Source of the DNA: Rhynchopus sp. YZ270_cl-10
Lineage: Eukaryota
Direction: 5' to 3'
Assembly: GCA_964035575.1 (NCBI GenBank)
Contig: OZ037840.1
Coordinates: forward strand, 1,488,001-1,552,000
DNA length: 64,000 nucleotides
Below are positions 45,175-54,630 of the stretch, piece after piece. The notes beneath the pieces were generated by a model. The model was given only the letters and a program-made list of their open reading frames with translations. It ran no database searches and had not been told where the DNA came from. The position numbers were made by a program, and so were the translations under genes. The number at the start of each line of letters is the position of its first letter. Within the stretch, counting starts at the first letter, position 1.

Positions 45175-48100
45175 CTACTGCAGGACATCGTCAGACACTC
45201 TCATCCCCGACGCCTCCTCCACGACGTGACCAAACCTGTTGGGACTCAAACTCACGCCCTGACCTGCCAGCTTCTGTCGGGACCCCCAGTCGGCGGGCAT
45301 CTCGTCGGTCTTAATCCACCTGATGTGAAGGTGTGCCTTCGCTGCGGAGAGTCGCGTGCTCATCCTCCTCAGAATGGAGTTGCCCAGGCGGGTGCGGGAG
45401 TGGCCTCTCCTGAGGACATACTTCACCGCCTCGTTGTCCACGAAAAGAACGATAGCTGTGTGGCCGCCCTCCAAAGCTGCTGCCATGCCCTTCTCAGCCG
45501 CACGCAGCTCCAACACAAACATCTCTCCAGAGGTGTGCGTCGATTCCCACCGTCCGTGCCTTTCGACGCCAGAAAAAGAGTTCTGCAGCTTCGACACCCA
45601 GCCCCAGCCTGTCGTGGACGCGTCGGTCCATACTGCGATGGAGAAATGTATCGGGGGCGGAGAGGGGAAGGGAACCGTCACACAAGTCTGAATGTTCGCC
45701 ACAGCGAAAGCTGCCAACTCCTCCTTCGTCGCAACGTGCATGGCCACGTCGTCATCCCATGACAGCTTCTTGCGGGAGACGAGTTGTGCTTTACTGCGCA
45801 CGAACTGCAAAGTGTGGCAAAGAAAACATAGCTTGAAATCCAGGACGTACGCGGCTCTGAACACAAGTCCGCATACCTTCCACCATTTTCGTAGGGAACA
45901 GGTCTCCAGCTTCAGGGTGTCATGAATGATGCGTGATGACTTTAACCTCCACTCCTCTGGTAACGAAAAAGATTGCAACGGAAGGTTCCACACTATGCCG
46001 ATGAAGTCAACGACTTCAGCCGGTTTAGCCATGGACTTCTTCACGTTTACCTCCGCACCCGCACGCTGCAGACGGTCACGCACAAAAGCCGTCTTAGCCG
46101 CCGCCTCAGCAGGATATGCACCCCACACAAAAATGTCGTCAAGGTACACAACACCCCATTTGTTCAGAATGGGGCCAAGAAAAATCTCAGAAGTGTTCTG
46201 CGCGATGTACGGCGCGTACGCAAAACCCATGGGTAGACGCGCCCATCTAAACCAACGTCCCCCAGCCTGCACACAAAAATATTTGGACACCTCGGGTGAG
46301 AGGGGGAACTGGTGGAAATACCCCTTTAGGTCGGTCTGTTGAGCAAAGCGTGCGTTTGACACCTTAAGCATTGTTGCAAGCTTGTGGGGGTTGACCAGGG
46401 AGAAAGGCTGTGGCTTGGCGATCCTTTTGTTAACAGGACGTCCATCCACCACTAGCCTCCGCAGTTGCGGGTCACTCTTCGGGACGTCAAAAACGCAAAC
46501 TGCGCCCTTCTTGCGGTCAGTCCGAGCAAGAGGAATCAATACCTTCGACTTCACGCACTCCGACACAAAAGAATTTGGGATTTTTGACTTCGGGCCAGGG
46601 AGCGGGATCGGTCCAGATAAAGCATCTGCAATCTTACGTCCGGAAGTACACCACTGCAGGAAATCAGAGTCCTTCCCTACCTCCTCAGCCATCCTGCGCA
46701 CGGCCTCCAACACGATTAGGCCCGTGGGGAAAGAATCAAGGCTTTTCTTTATGATGGGGGGGGGCTTGCAGAGCCCCACGGGGAAGTAGTCGGGGTCAGG
46801 CACCTCTATCCCCTCGTCGCAGACTGGTAGGGGATATTTCGCCCCGTTGATCAGTGCAGCAACTGCAGGGTCTTCAGCTCCTCCGTCTCCCTCATCCGTG
46901 CAGATACGTTCGTCGCGTTCAGGTATGCCGCTGTCTGCCCCACGTTGCTGTGTCGCAGGAGTAGACGCATTCTTTCGTTTGATGCCCCCTGCAGTTGAAT
47001 CGCTTGCGCCGCTCCTCTCTTGAATGAGTGCATCCACGTCCCCTTTGGCATGACCTTGCGAATGCGCTCCATCAGCGACTCGAACTCTCGTGTGTTGCCC
47101 CCCATCACGGTGTTGTGGTGTTGCACAGTTCTCCAAAAAGACACCGCGATTGCTGTTAGAGGACCCGGAGGAAGATAGATGGGGGGGCGAGCCACCAGGA
47201 CGCCCTTCTCCTTCGCAAATAGTTCTGCTCCTACCTTGATCGGCGACTCCCCTGCACAATGAATCTCGCGCCAATCCGATTTGTTCAGAAAACGTAGGTC
47301 TGGGACGCGGGACCTCGTCATGTAGGACATCGCAGCTAAAGCGGCGGCATGTTGGTCTCCGGCCTTGACAAGCTTGTTCACGCCGGTGATGACATCGGAG
47401 GGAGGAAGAGGTGGCGCCTGTCTCGGACGTACCGCCGCAGATAGTCTTCTGAGCGCCTTCTTTGCCCCCAATACACGGACCGTTGCGACCCCTCTGATCC
47501 CTCGCCGCTTGCACTCTCGCAGGATCTTGCACATGTAGCCTACTACGGAGCGGGGGGCCGCCGTACGTAGCCTGCGGTGCGCGAACTGCAGAAGATGCAC
47601 TTCCTTGCTCAGATGAGGAGCAGTTGCGCAGCCCCTCAGGAAATCGCTCCACACTCGTTGCACCTCTCCTTGGGTCGTTGGGGCAGTCGCGTGCAGGTGC
47701 AGTTCGTCCCACGGAATCCTCTCGTGCATCGCCCTCCCCAGGGCCTTTCCATCCCTGATGGAGAAAAAGTTGTGGTCGACCAAATTGCGGGGACCTCCTT
47801 TCGCTCGTGGTAGCCGCGATGCGAATCTTGTCGTTGGGGAAGGTGGTGGAGACAGATTTGGAGGAGGGCATACGCCCCATCGTAGTGGTGCCGGCTCTTC
47901 TTCCGCTTGGTGCAGGCCAACGTGTAGGCTGTCTGGGCGCAAAGCTGCCTTGTTGTTCTTGTTTTGGCGCAAAGCTGCCTTCTTGTTGTTCTCTTTTGGG
48001 CGCAAAGCTGCCTTGTTGTTTGGGCGCAAAGCTGCCGAATTGTTGACCTTTTTGTCTTTGTCTTTTATCAGGCGCGAAGCTGCCAAATTGTTTTTGTCTT

Positions 48101-48420
48101 TGTTGTTGTTGTTGTTGTTGTTGTTGTTTTTGTTCTTGTTTTTGATTTTGATTTTGTTTTTTCTCAGGCGCAACGAAGCAGCCGATGTTTTTTGTCCCAG
48201 GTGCACTGAAGCCGCTGGTTCGCTCTCCCACTTCCATCTCTCTCTGGTCAGTGGTGCCGTAGTTACTACCTGCGAGGGGCGTAGGAATGGTTCCGAAAAA
48301 ACCAGTTCGGGCGTTGGTTGGCACCTCCTCTGGAGTGCCGCGGCTTGTTTTCTGTTCTCGGACGCTTAGGTGCCCTTCCTCCCTGTGCATGAGATGTCGG
48401 AGCCTTTCTCTTCTGTCCAA
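45175..48420 (-). CDS. DIRS-type reverse transcriptase/RNase H; catalytic part ~46850-45250, long N-terminal extension overlapping the YR ORF
   Basis: RT: VFDVPK, RRLVVDGRPVN, TDLKGYFHQF, RLPMGFAYAP, VYLDD, FIGIVWN. RNase H: WTDASTTGWG, LELRAA, VDNEAV, WIKTDEMPADWGSR. True start unknown. Confidence 0.92.
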   Translation of the reverse strand: MDRRERLRHLMHREEGHLSVREQKTSRGTPEEVPTNARTGFFGTIPTPLAGSNYGTTDQREMEVGERTSGFSAPGTKNIGCFVAPEKKQNQNQKQEQKQQQQQQQQQRQKQFGSFAPDKRQRQKGQQFGSFAPKQQGSFAPKREQQEGSFAPKQEQQGSFAPRQPTRWPAPSGRRAGTTTMGRMPSSKSVSTTFPNDKIRIAATTSERRSPQFGRPQLFLHQGWKGPGEGDAREDSVGRTAPARDCPNDPRRGATSVERFPEGLRNCSSSEQGSASSAVRAPQATYGGPPLRSRLHVQDPARVQAARDQRGRNGPCIGGKEGAQKTICGGTSETGATSSSLRCHHRREQACQGRRPTCRRFSCDVLHDEVPRPRPTFSEQIGLARDSLCRGVADQGRSRTICEGEGRPGGSPPHLSSSGSSNSNRGVFLENCATPQHRDGGQHTRVRVADGAHSQGHAKGDVDALIQERSGASDSTAGGIKRKNASTPATQQRGADSGIPERDERICTDEGDGGAEDPAVAALINGAKYPLPVCDEGIEVPDPDYFPVGLCKPPPIIKKSLDSFPTGLIVLEAVRRMAEEVGKDSDFLQWCTSGRKIADALSGPIPLPGPKSKIPNSFVSECVKSKVLIPLARTDRKKGAVCVFDVPKSDPQLRRLVVDGRPVNKRIAKPQPFSLVNPHKLATMLKVSNARFAQQTDLKGYFHQFPLSPEVSKYFCVQAGGRWFRWARLPMGFAYAPYIAQNTSEIFLGPILNKWGVVYLDDIFVWGAYPAEAAAKTAFVRDRLQRAGAEVNVKKSMAKPAEVVDFIGIVWNLPLQSFSLPEEWRLKSSRIIHDTLKLETCSLRKWWKVCGLVFRAAYVLDFKLCFLCHTLQFVRSKAQLVSRKKLSWDDDVAMHVATKEELAAFAVANIQTCVTVPFPSPPPIHFSIAVWTDASTTGWGWVSKLQNSFSGVERHGRWESTHTSGEMFVLELRAAEKGMAAALEGGHTAIVLFVDNEAVKYVLRRGHSRTRLGNSILRRMSTRLSAAKAHLHIRWIKTDEMPADWGSRQKLAGQGVSLSPNRFGHVVEEASGMRVSDDVLQ
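46851..47729 (-). CDS. Tyrosine recombinase
   Basis: Catalytic pattern R (SRVPDL), K (AKEK), HSFKRGAA, LLRH, AAYL. First ATG at 47729; the frame is open to at least 48206. Confidence 0.88.
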   Translation of the reverse strand: MHERIPWDELHLHATAPTTQGEVQRVWSDFLRGCATAPHLSKEVHLLQFAHRRLRTAAPRSVVGYMCKILRECKRRGIRGVATVRVLGAKKALRRLSAAVRPRQAPPLPPSDVITGVNKLVKAGDQHAAALAAMSYMTRSRVPDLRFLNKSDWREIHCAGESPIKVGAELFAKEKGVLVARPPIYLPPGPLTAIAVSFWRTVQHHNTVMGGNTREFESLMERIRKVMPKGTWMHSFKRGAAQAIQLQGASNERMRLLLRHSNVGQTAAYLNATNVSARMRETEELKTLQLLH

Positions 48421-49384
48421 CCCCTGCTGCTGCCTTCAGGGCGGCTTTCCTGTCCGAGGAGACCCCGTTTGAGGCGGTCATGGATTTGGAGAAGGCCTGG
48501 GCCGCCTCCCATCCTTCCTTCGCCCGGATGCCTAGGTGCATCACAGAGTTGAGGAGACCGGACAGGATGTCGTTCGGTGGGGAACCTTCCAAGATGCTGA
48601 ACATGATATCCATGCTCGCCTTGATGGCATCCCTGGCGTCCCCTTGCTCCCTTGGCAGGTACATCTCGGTGAGGCGGTTGCGGAGGGTAAGCAGCTGTAC
48701 CTCCGAGAGCTCGTGCCATTTGTCCGGGACGAGCAGTACATTGTCCACTGTGAGCTTCTTGGTAGGGGCGGAAGCCTCGCCTTCGCTCTCGCTATCCCCG
48801 ATGCTCGCATCCTTCTTCTCATCCTCTGACTTGTCCTCATGTGTAGGGAGGGGGGGGGCGGGGGGGGCAGGGTGTTGTGTGTTGGAACGAGGGGTGAAGT
48901 GCACGGTGAGGCGTTCGCGCTCCTCGTCCCTCTCTGCGTCTCTCACGCTCTCCGCCGCAAACGCTTCAGCAACGGTGTTCACGGAGGCGGGAGGGGTAGG
49001 CACTTCGGGGGAGTGAGGCAGCTCGGCGTCGCCCTCCCTCACGACAGCTCCAAAAAGCTCGTCTCCCAGCCTCTTCCGGAGGACTCCAAGGAGCAAAAGA
49101 AGACGCAGACAGGGAACATCTGTCCAGTCCGAGGGCACAGTTCCCGTGACGCGTGCCAACGCAGCGCGCACGTGTTCCTCCCCGAAATCTTCCTTCTCCC
49201 CCCGGAAATCCTCAAACGTCCGGACGCACAGCGCGCCCGTGACGGACTCCCAGGCGTTTCCCAGTGCAGACTTCACGGCGTCCGACGAATCCGCAACGAT
49301 GTTCGCAACATCTCGCGACATCCGGAACGACCGTGACCCACTCTTGGCCCTGAGCGACTCCAGCGCTTCATCCATAGTGGTCAT
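48266..49384 (-). CDS. Gag-like ORF1 of the YR retrotransposon
   Basis: ~372-aa ORF in first position, with its ATG inside the 30-bp repeat core; helical core and basic C-terminus. Gag call is by position only. Confidence 0.7.
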   Translation of the reverse strand: MTTMDEALESLRAKSGSRSFRMSRDVANIVADSSDAVKSALGNAWESVTGALCVRTFEDFRGEKEDFGEEHVRAALARVTGTVPSDWTDVPCLRLLLLLGVLRKRLGDELFGAVVREGDAELPHSPEVPTPPASVNTVAEAFAAESVRDAERDEERERLTVHFTPRSNTQHPAPPAPPLPTHEDKSEDEKKDASIGDSESEGEASAPTKKLTVDNVLLVPDKWHELSEVQLLTLRNRLTEMYLPREQGDARDAIKASMDIMFSILEGSPPNDILSGLLNSVMHLGIRAKEGWEAAQAFSKSMTASNGVSSDRKAALKAAAGVGQKRKAPTSHAQGGRAPKRPRTENKPRHSRGGANQRPNWFFRNHSYAPRR

Positions 49385-49663
49385 GAGGGCGAGACTGGGG
49401 AAACACAACACAAAATACTGATGAAGGTGGTGGTGAGATTTCCCCGTAACGTCCTCAACCAACCTTGCCGAAGCAAGTGGTAAGCAATAACAACAAAAGG
49501 GCACGTAGCAATAGAGAAATGGTACGCGCAAAAAAAAAAAAAAAAAAAAAAAATATATCCATAGCGAAAAAGGGGGAGGGGGAAAAGACTTTCTTATTCG
49601 CGACATATTTTATCCTAGAGACCCCCCTGGCGTAGCAAAGCTACTTAAACAAGTTTACAGTAT

Positions 49664-50502
49664 GGGGGTCTCTTTAGGATAAAATATGGGGGGAAAGGTC
49701 TTTTTTGGTTAATAGCGCCGAAAAAACGGCAGCGAGGTATGTGGTCATGAGGGCGAGACTGGGGAAACACAACACAAAATACTGATGAAGGTGGTGGTGA
49801 GATTTCCCCGTAACGTCCTCAACCAACCTTGCCGAAGCAAGTGGTAAGCAATAACAACAAAAGGGCACGTAGCAATAGAGAAATGGTACGCGCAAAAAAA
49901 AAAAAAAAAAAAAATATATCCATAGCGAAAAAGGGGGAGGGGGAAAAGACTTTCTTATTCGCGACATATTTTATCCTAGAGACCCCCCTGGCGTAGCAAA
50001 GCTACTTAAACAAGTTTACAGTATGTGTGATGTGTGATGTGTGATGTGTGATGTGTGATGTGTGATGTGTGATGTGTGATGTGTGATGTGTGATGTGTGA
50101 TGTGTGATGTGTGATGTGTGATGTGTGATGTGTGATGTGTGATGTGTGATGTGTGATGGGGGTCTCATTAGGATAAAATATGGGGGGAAAGGTCTTTTTT
50201 GGTTAATAGCGCCGAAAAAACGGCAGCGAGGTATGTGGTCATGAGGGCGAGACTGGGGAAACACAACACAAAAATACTGATGAAGGTGGTGGTGAGATTT
50301 CCCCGTAACGTCCTCAACCAACCTTGCCGAAGCAAGTGGTAAGCAATAACAACAAAAAGGGCACGTAGCAATAGATAAATGGTACGCGCAAAAAAAATAT
50401 ATAGCGAAAAAGGGGGAGGGGAAAAGACTTTCTTATTCGCGACATATTTTATCCTATAGACCCCCCTGGCGTAGCAAAGCTACTTAAACAAGTTTACAGT
50501 AT
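49664..50502 (-). mobile_element. Two further solo repeat units (49664-50024 abutting the element; 50158-50502 slightly diverged)
   Basis: Same ~350-bp sequence; the last copy has several substitutions and indels. Confidence 0.92.
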
Positions 50503-51864
50503 GTGTGATGTGTGATGTGTGATGTGTGATGTGTGATGTGTGATGTGTGATGTGTGATGTGTGATGTGTGATGTGTGATGTGTGATGTGTGATGTGTGAT
50601 GTGTGATGTGTGATGTGTGATGTGTGATGTGTGATGTGTGATGTGTGATGTGTGATGTGTGATGTGTGATGTGTGATGTGTGATGTGTGATGTGTGATGT
50701 GTGATGTGTGATGTGTGATGTGTGATGTGTGATGTGTGATGTGTGATGTGTGATGTGTGATGTGTGATGTGTGATGTGTGATGTGTGATGTGTGATGTGT
50801 GATGTGTGATGTGTGATGTGTGATGTGTGATGTGTGATGTGTGATGTGTGATGTGTGATGTGTGATGTGTGATGTGTGATGTGTGATGTGTGATGTGTGA
50901 TGTGTGATGTGTGATGTGTGATGTGTGATGTGTGATGTGTGATGTGTGATGTGTGAAGTGGCATGTCCGTGGACGTATTGTATATTTATAGGTGAGACTG
51001 AGCACGAGAGGCTTGACTCATCTCACTACGTTTTCTCTTTTCTTTTTAGCTCTTATTACGATTTTGTGTGTGTTATTGTGAAACTCTCGTCATTCACAAA
51101 GCGCAGTTTGTGCGACTGCGCTACTTTCAAAACACAGGGAGACTGTTTTGTAGTTTGTTTACTTTGGCTGCTTTGTTCTCGATGACAAAACTGGAAACAT
51201 TTTTCCAGGATCTTCCTTGAGATCGTACTGTCGGTCATAATTGTTTTTTGTTTTTTTTGTGTTTTTTGCTACTTGGTTAACTGAGGTGTTGGTTCGGTCT
51301 CGCCCCACACCGCTTGGTTACCTTGGAGTGTCTCTTTGTTTCGCTTTCTTAGATGTGTCGTGGCGGTGTGGTGCTCTTGTGTGTGCTGCATTTGTTGTGG
51401 TCCCATGCATCTCGCGCCACGTGTCCCTTTGTTCTTTTGTCACCTCTCTCGTTATCGTGTCTTCCAGTTCGTGTGGGATGGGTAGATGCCTGTATAAGTG
51501 TACGTGTGTGTTGGTTGTCACGTAACTGTAGTCATTTGTACTATGTTTGCTAAGCTTGCTTCATCTTTGATATGTGCGTTGTACCAAACAACAAGCGTTT
51601 CTCAATAGAAGCTCTTTGCAAAGATAACGTGACAGCCAACCACATGAAGAAACCACAGCTGTCTGCCCCCCTCCCACCACTCTCCCCACCAATTCCCTCC
51701 AAATATAAATGCCGTCTTTTCATAGTTTCGTCCAGAGCTTTGCAAACGATACAACACTAAAATCGTCTTTTTCTTCCGTTCTTATTTCTCTCTCTCCCCC
51801 TCTCCCCCCCCACTTCCACCCCCGATCCACAAAAACCGACACAGAAAAAAAAAAAAAATACAAA

Positions 51865-54630
51865 ATGATTATTTCTTCCTTTGTTGTTCTTTCCGTGGCG
51901 CTGCTCCCACAGAATATCCGGGTGAAGTACATGACATCACCCTATGTTGATGGTGTAAACTTTCCTATCACATGGGAATATTCCGCCTTGGATGGCGCGC
52001 AGACACAGTCCGCGAGGCAGGTGGTCTGCTCTGTGGCAGGAAAGGTTGTGTGGGACTCTGGTGTGATCAACTCCTCGGAGCAAATCTGCGCAATCGACAC
52101 CGCACTTCCAGCCATGAGCACCGTACACACCGAAGTCCGTATTTGGAACGCCTCTGGGATCGTTGAGTCGGGCACTACCACATTCGAGACCACCTCCACA
52201 AAGGACCCTTTCAACTGGCTAGGTGCACAATGGCTCGCACGCACCGCCAACACCCCACCCAAGAACGAATGTGTCTTTTACGACCCAAACCCCACCAGCC
52301 TCTTCACCGCAACATTCCAGAATACAGCCGGAACCCCTGCGAGGATCTATCTGACCGGCCTGGGGTATTACAGTGCATGGTTAAATGGAGAGAAATTATC
52401 AACAAAACCGGAGACTTATTTAGACCCGCCACTCTCATCTGTCGCAAAACGTGTATTTTATAATGTATATAACGTTACAGAACTGCTGAAGAACGGTGAA
52501 AACACCTTATCTATTGAGGTCGGAAATGGTTGGTTCAACCCATTGCCTTTAAGGTTTTGGGGGAGAGTAAATATCAGAGATACCATGGCGATTGGGGTGC
52601 CTATGGTAAAGGCGATGCTCAAGGTGGATGGGAATACCATTGTATCGTCTCCTGACACCTTCGTTGTGTCCACTACTCCACGTATCTTCAATAATATCTA
52701 TCTTGGGGAGGTTTGGGATGGCACCTTATCAGACGGTTCACCACAACCCCCAGTAGTAGTTACACCTGATATTGGTGTTTTTGAGGTCTCCCCGATTCCG
52801 CCAATCACAGAGCAGGAAACATTAAGTACAAAGATGTTAAGTCAAAAGGAGAGCAGCTCCGAAGTCAACCCTGATTCTTTGATAGCACTGAAAAACGAAA
52901 AACTGGAGCATCAAATCGTTGTGATGGACTCTGGGAAGAACCATGCAGGGACCTGCCGCTTTGAGGTTCATTGGGGAAATGACGTTCCGTTGGGCGCCTT
53001 TGTGCGGGTTTTTGTGCGTTATGGGGAGTTGTTGAACGCAAATGGCAGTGTCAATGTGCTTACCTCGACTGCAGGGCAAATTAAAGCTGCCAACCCCATT
53101 GCACCATGCCAGCCTACCGTCGCCTTCCAGCGGGATGAGTTCCGATTTATCAAAACATCGCAGACCGATTTTTTTGAGCCCCGCTTTTCTTGGCATGGCA
53201 TGCGTTACATGGAGGCCTTCATTTACACCAACACCTCGAACACCTCTATCACATTGCAAGCAACCTGCAAGGTTCTCCAAACAGACCTTCCCATAGCATT
53301 GCGGTACAATGTCTCCGATGCCCGGCTGGATGCAACGTTGAAGCTTGCTGAAAACACCTTTGCGAGCAATTTGATGTCGGTACAAAGCGATTGCCCACAC
53401 CGTGAGCGTTTTGGGTACAGCGGGGATGCGCTTGCCGTAGGCGAAGGCCTGCTTGCGAGGTACGATATGAGCGCTTTTTATACCAAGCGGGTGGCCGACT
53501 TTATGGATGCGGTGGCTGAGAACGGAGGGTTTACGGAGACCGCACCGTACGTCGGTATTCACGATGGGTCGGTCGCAGGCAATGCTGGCCCCATAGGATG
53601 GGCTGCATACCCCCCAGCTGCTGCGCTCTGGCAGTACCGTTATTATGGAGATCTAAATGCGCTGTCCATAGCGTACCCTGCAGTACGCGCCTTCGCGACC
53701 CTTCTCGAACGCAATACATCAAACATCCTAGATGGTCTTGGCGATTGGATGCCTCTCGAAGAAACCGGAACTGGATTAACAGGAATGTATTTTCAATTCG
53801 CGACGTACCATGTTGTAGCCGATATTGCGAAGATTCTTGGTGATATAGAAACGTACAATGTATTTGTATTGAAAGCGGAGGGAATACGCAGTGAACTTAA
53901 CACAAAGTATCTGGACAATGCATCATGCGCTTATGGAAGCAAAAAAGAGGGTTTTAACGCAACGCAGACCGGGCAAGGTCTTGCGGTTTACAATGATATT
54001 GTTCCGGAGGCCTGCAAGGTGGGGGCGTTTTCGTTGTTGGTAGAGAATTTGAGGGCAGCAGAGAATGTGACGCATGCTGGAGGTGAAGGAGGTCCTGGTG
54101 CTCACATGCTGTGCGGCATGTTTGGTGTCAAATGGGTGCTTGGCGCGCTAAGTGAGAATGCAGAACAGAGCATCGCGTTGGAGGTGGTGACGCAGACGTC
54201 GTTTCCTTCCCTCCATTGGATGACGTCGAACAGTTTTGTCAACGCCACCACCATCTGGGAGGCGTGGTACGTCAGTGAGAGCACCTTTTCGCACAACCAC
54301 CCTATGTTCGGCTCCCACTACACATGGTTTCTGCAGCATCTGGTAGGGATACAGACACATCCCTCCGCTAGAGGAATGGATGTTGTGGTGTTGCGGCCAC
54401 GCCCTCCACTGCTCATGGCGCAGCGTTCGCCCTCCCTCACCGCTACCGTGAGTGGATCATATAGTACAGTGCGAGGCATCATTACCGTCTCCTGGCTACT
54501 CTCCGCAACAACCAAAGCACTGCATGTGAACATCAGCCTCCCCGCTAATATGCAGGCAGAATGTGACCTTCCGAACATGCCCTCACTTCTCCTTGGCGGG
54601 GGGCTGCATGCCTTTACGACCACACTGTGA
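51865..54630 (+). CDS. Alpha-L-rhamnosidase, glycoside hydrolase family 78
   Basis: Signal-peptide-like start; TGLGYY..WLNGE, VGNGWF, IYLGEVWD, DCPHRERFGYSGDA, GLGDW, ATTIWEAW, SHNHPMFG. Confidence 0.93.
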   Translation: MIISSFVVLSVALLPQNIRVKYMTSPYVDGVNFPITWEYSALDGAQTQSARQVVCSVAGKVVWDSGVINSSEQICAIDTALPAMSTVHTEVRIWNASGIVESGTTTFETTSTKDPFNWLGAQWLARTANTPPKNECVFYDPNPTSLFTATFQNTAGTPARIYLTGLGYYSAWLNGEKLSTKPETYLDPPLSSVAKRVFYNVYNVTELLKNGENTLSIEVGNGWFNPLPLRFWGRVNIRDTMAIGVPMVKAMLKVDGNTIVSSPDTFVVSTTPRIFNNIYLGEVWDGTLSDGSPQPPVVVTPDIGVFEVSPIPPITEQETLSTKMLSQKESSSEVNPDSLIALKNEKLEHQIVVMDSGKNHAGTCRFEVHWGNDVPLGAFVRVFVRYGELLNANGSVNVLTSTAGQIKAANPIAPCQPTVAFQRDEFRFIKTSQTDFFEPRFSWHGMRYMEAFIYTNTSNTSITLQATCKVLQTDLPIALRYNVSDARLDATLKLAENTFASNLMSVQSDCPHRERFGYSGDALAVGEGLLARYDMSAFYTKRVADFMDAVAENGGFTETAPYVGIHDGSVAGNAGPIGWAAYPPAAALWQYRYYGDLNALSIAYPAVRAFATLLERNTSNILDGLGDWMPLEETGTGLTGMYFQFATYHVVADIAKILGDIETYNVFVLKAEGIRSELNTKYLDNASCAYGSKKEGFNATQTGQGLAVYNDIVPEACKVGAFSLLVENLRAAENVTHAGGEGGPGAHMLCGMFGVKWVLGALSENAEQSIALEVVTQTSFPSLHWMTSNSFVNATTIWEAWYVSESTFSHNHPMFGSHYTWFLQHLVGIQTHPSARGMDVVVLRPRPPLLMAQRSPSLTATVSGSYSTVRGIITVSWLLSATTKALHVNISLPANMQAECDLPNMPSLLLGGGLHAFTTTL

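Larger units (their letters stand above)
44453..49663 (-). mobile_element. Tyrosine-recombinase retrotransposon (VIPER/TATE-like order gag-YR-RT/RH) with split direct repeats A1-ORFs-B1-A2-B2
   Basis: Sense (-) order: A1 49663-49377, ORFs, B1 44907-44801, A2B2 44800-44453. A and B overlap by a 30-bp core present at 44878-44907 and 49377-49406. Confidence 0.9.
43161..50956. repeat. (GTGTGAT)n heptamer microsatellite split into five tracts (43161-43412, 43775-43795, 44166-44452, 50025-50157, 50503-50956) by element insertions
   Basis: Read directly; phase is preserved across each insertion. Confidence 0.97.

Noticed and set aside
43413..50502. Repeat units alternating with spacers as a CRISPR array or spliced-leader RNA gene array
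   Set aside because: Units are ~350 bp and the spacers are pure microsatellite. No cas genes are present, and I see no euglenozoan SL exon sequence on either strand.
43161..50956. (GTGTGAT)n as a telomeric repeat
   Set aside because: The array is interstitial between two genes and is not TTAGGG-like. It cannot be fully excluded without chromosome-end data.
42599..51005. HHTSHIT-repeat ORFs (and VPVYLCTC ORFs at 27.5-27.9 kb)
   Set aside because: Translations of stop-free microsatellites.
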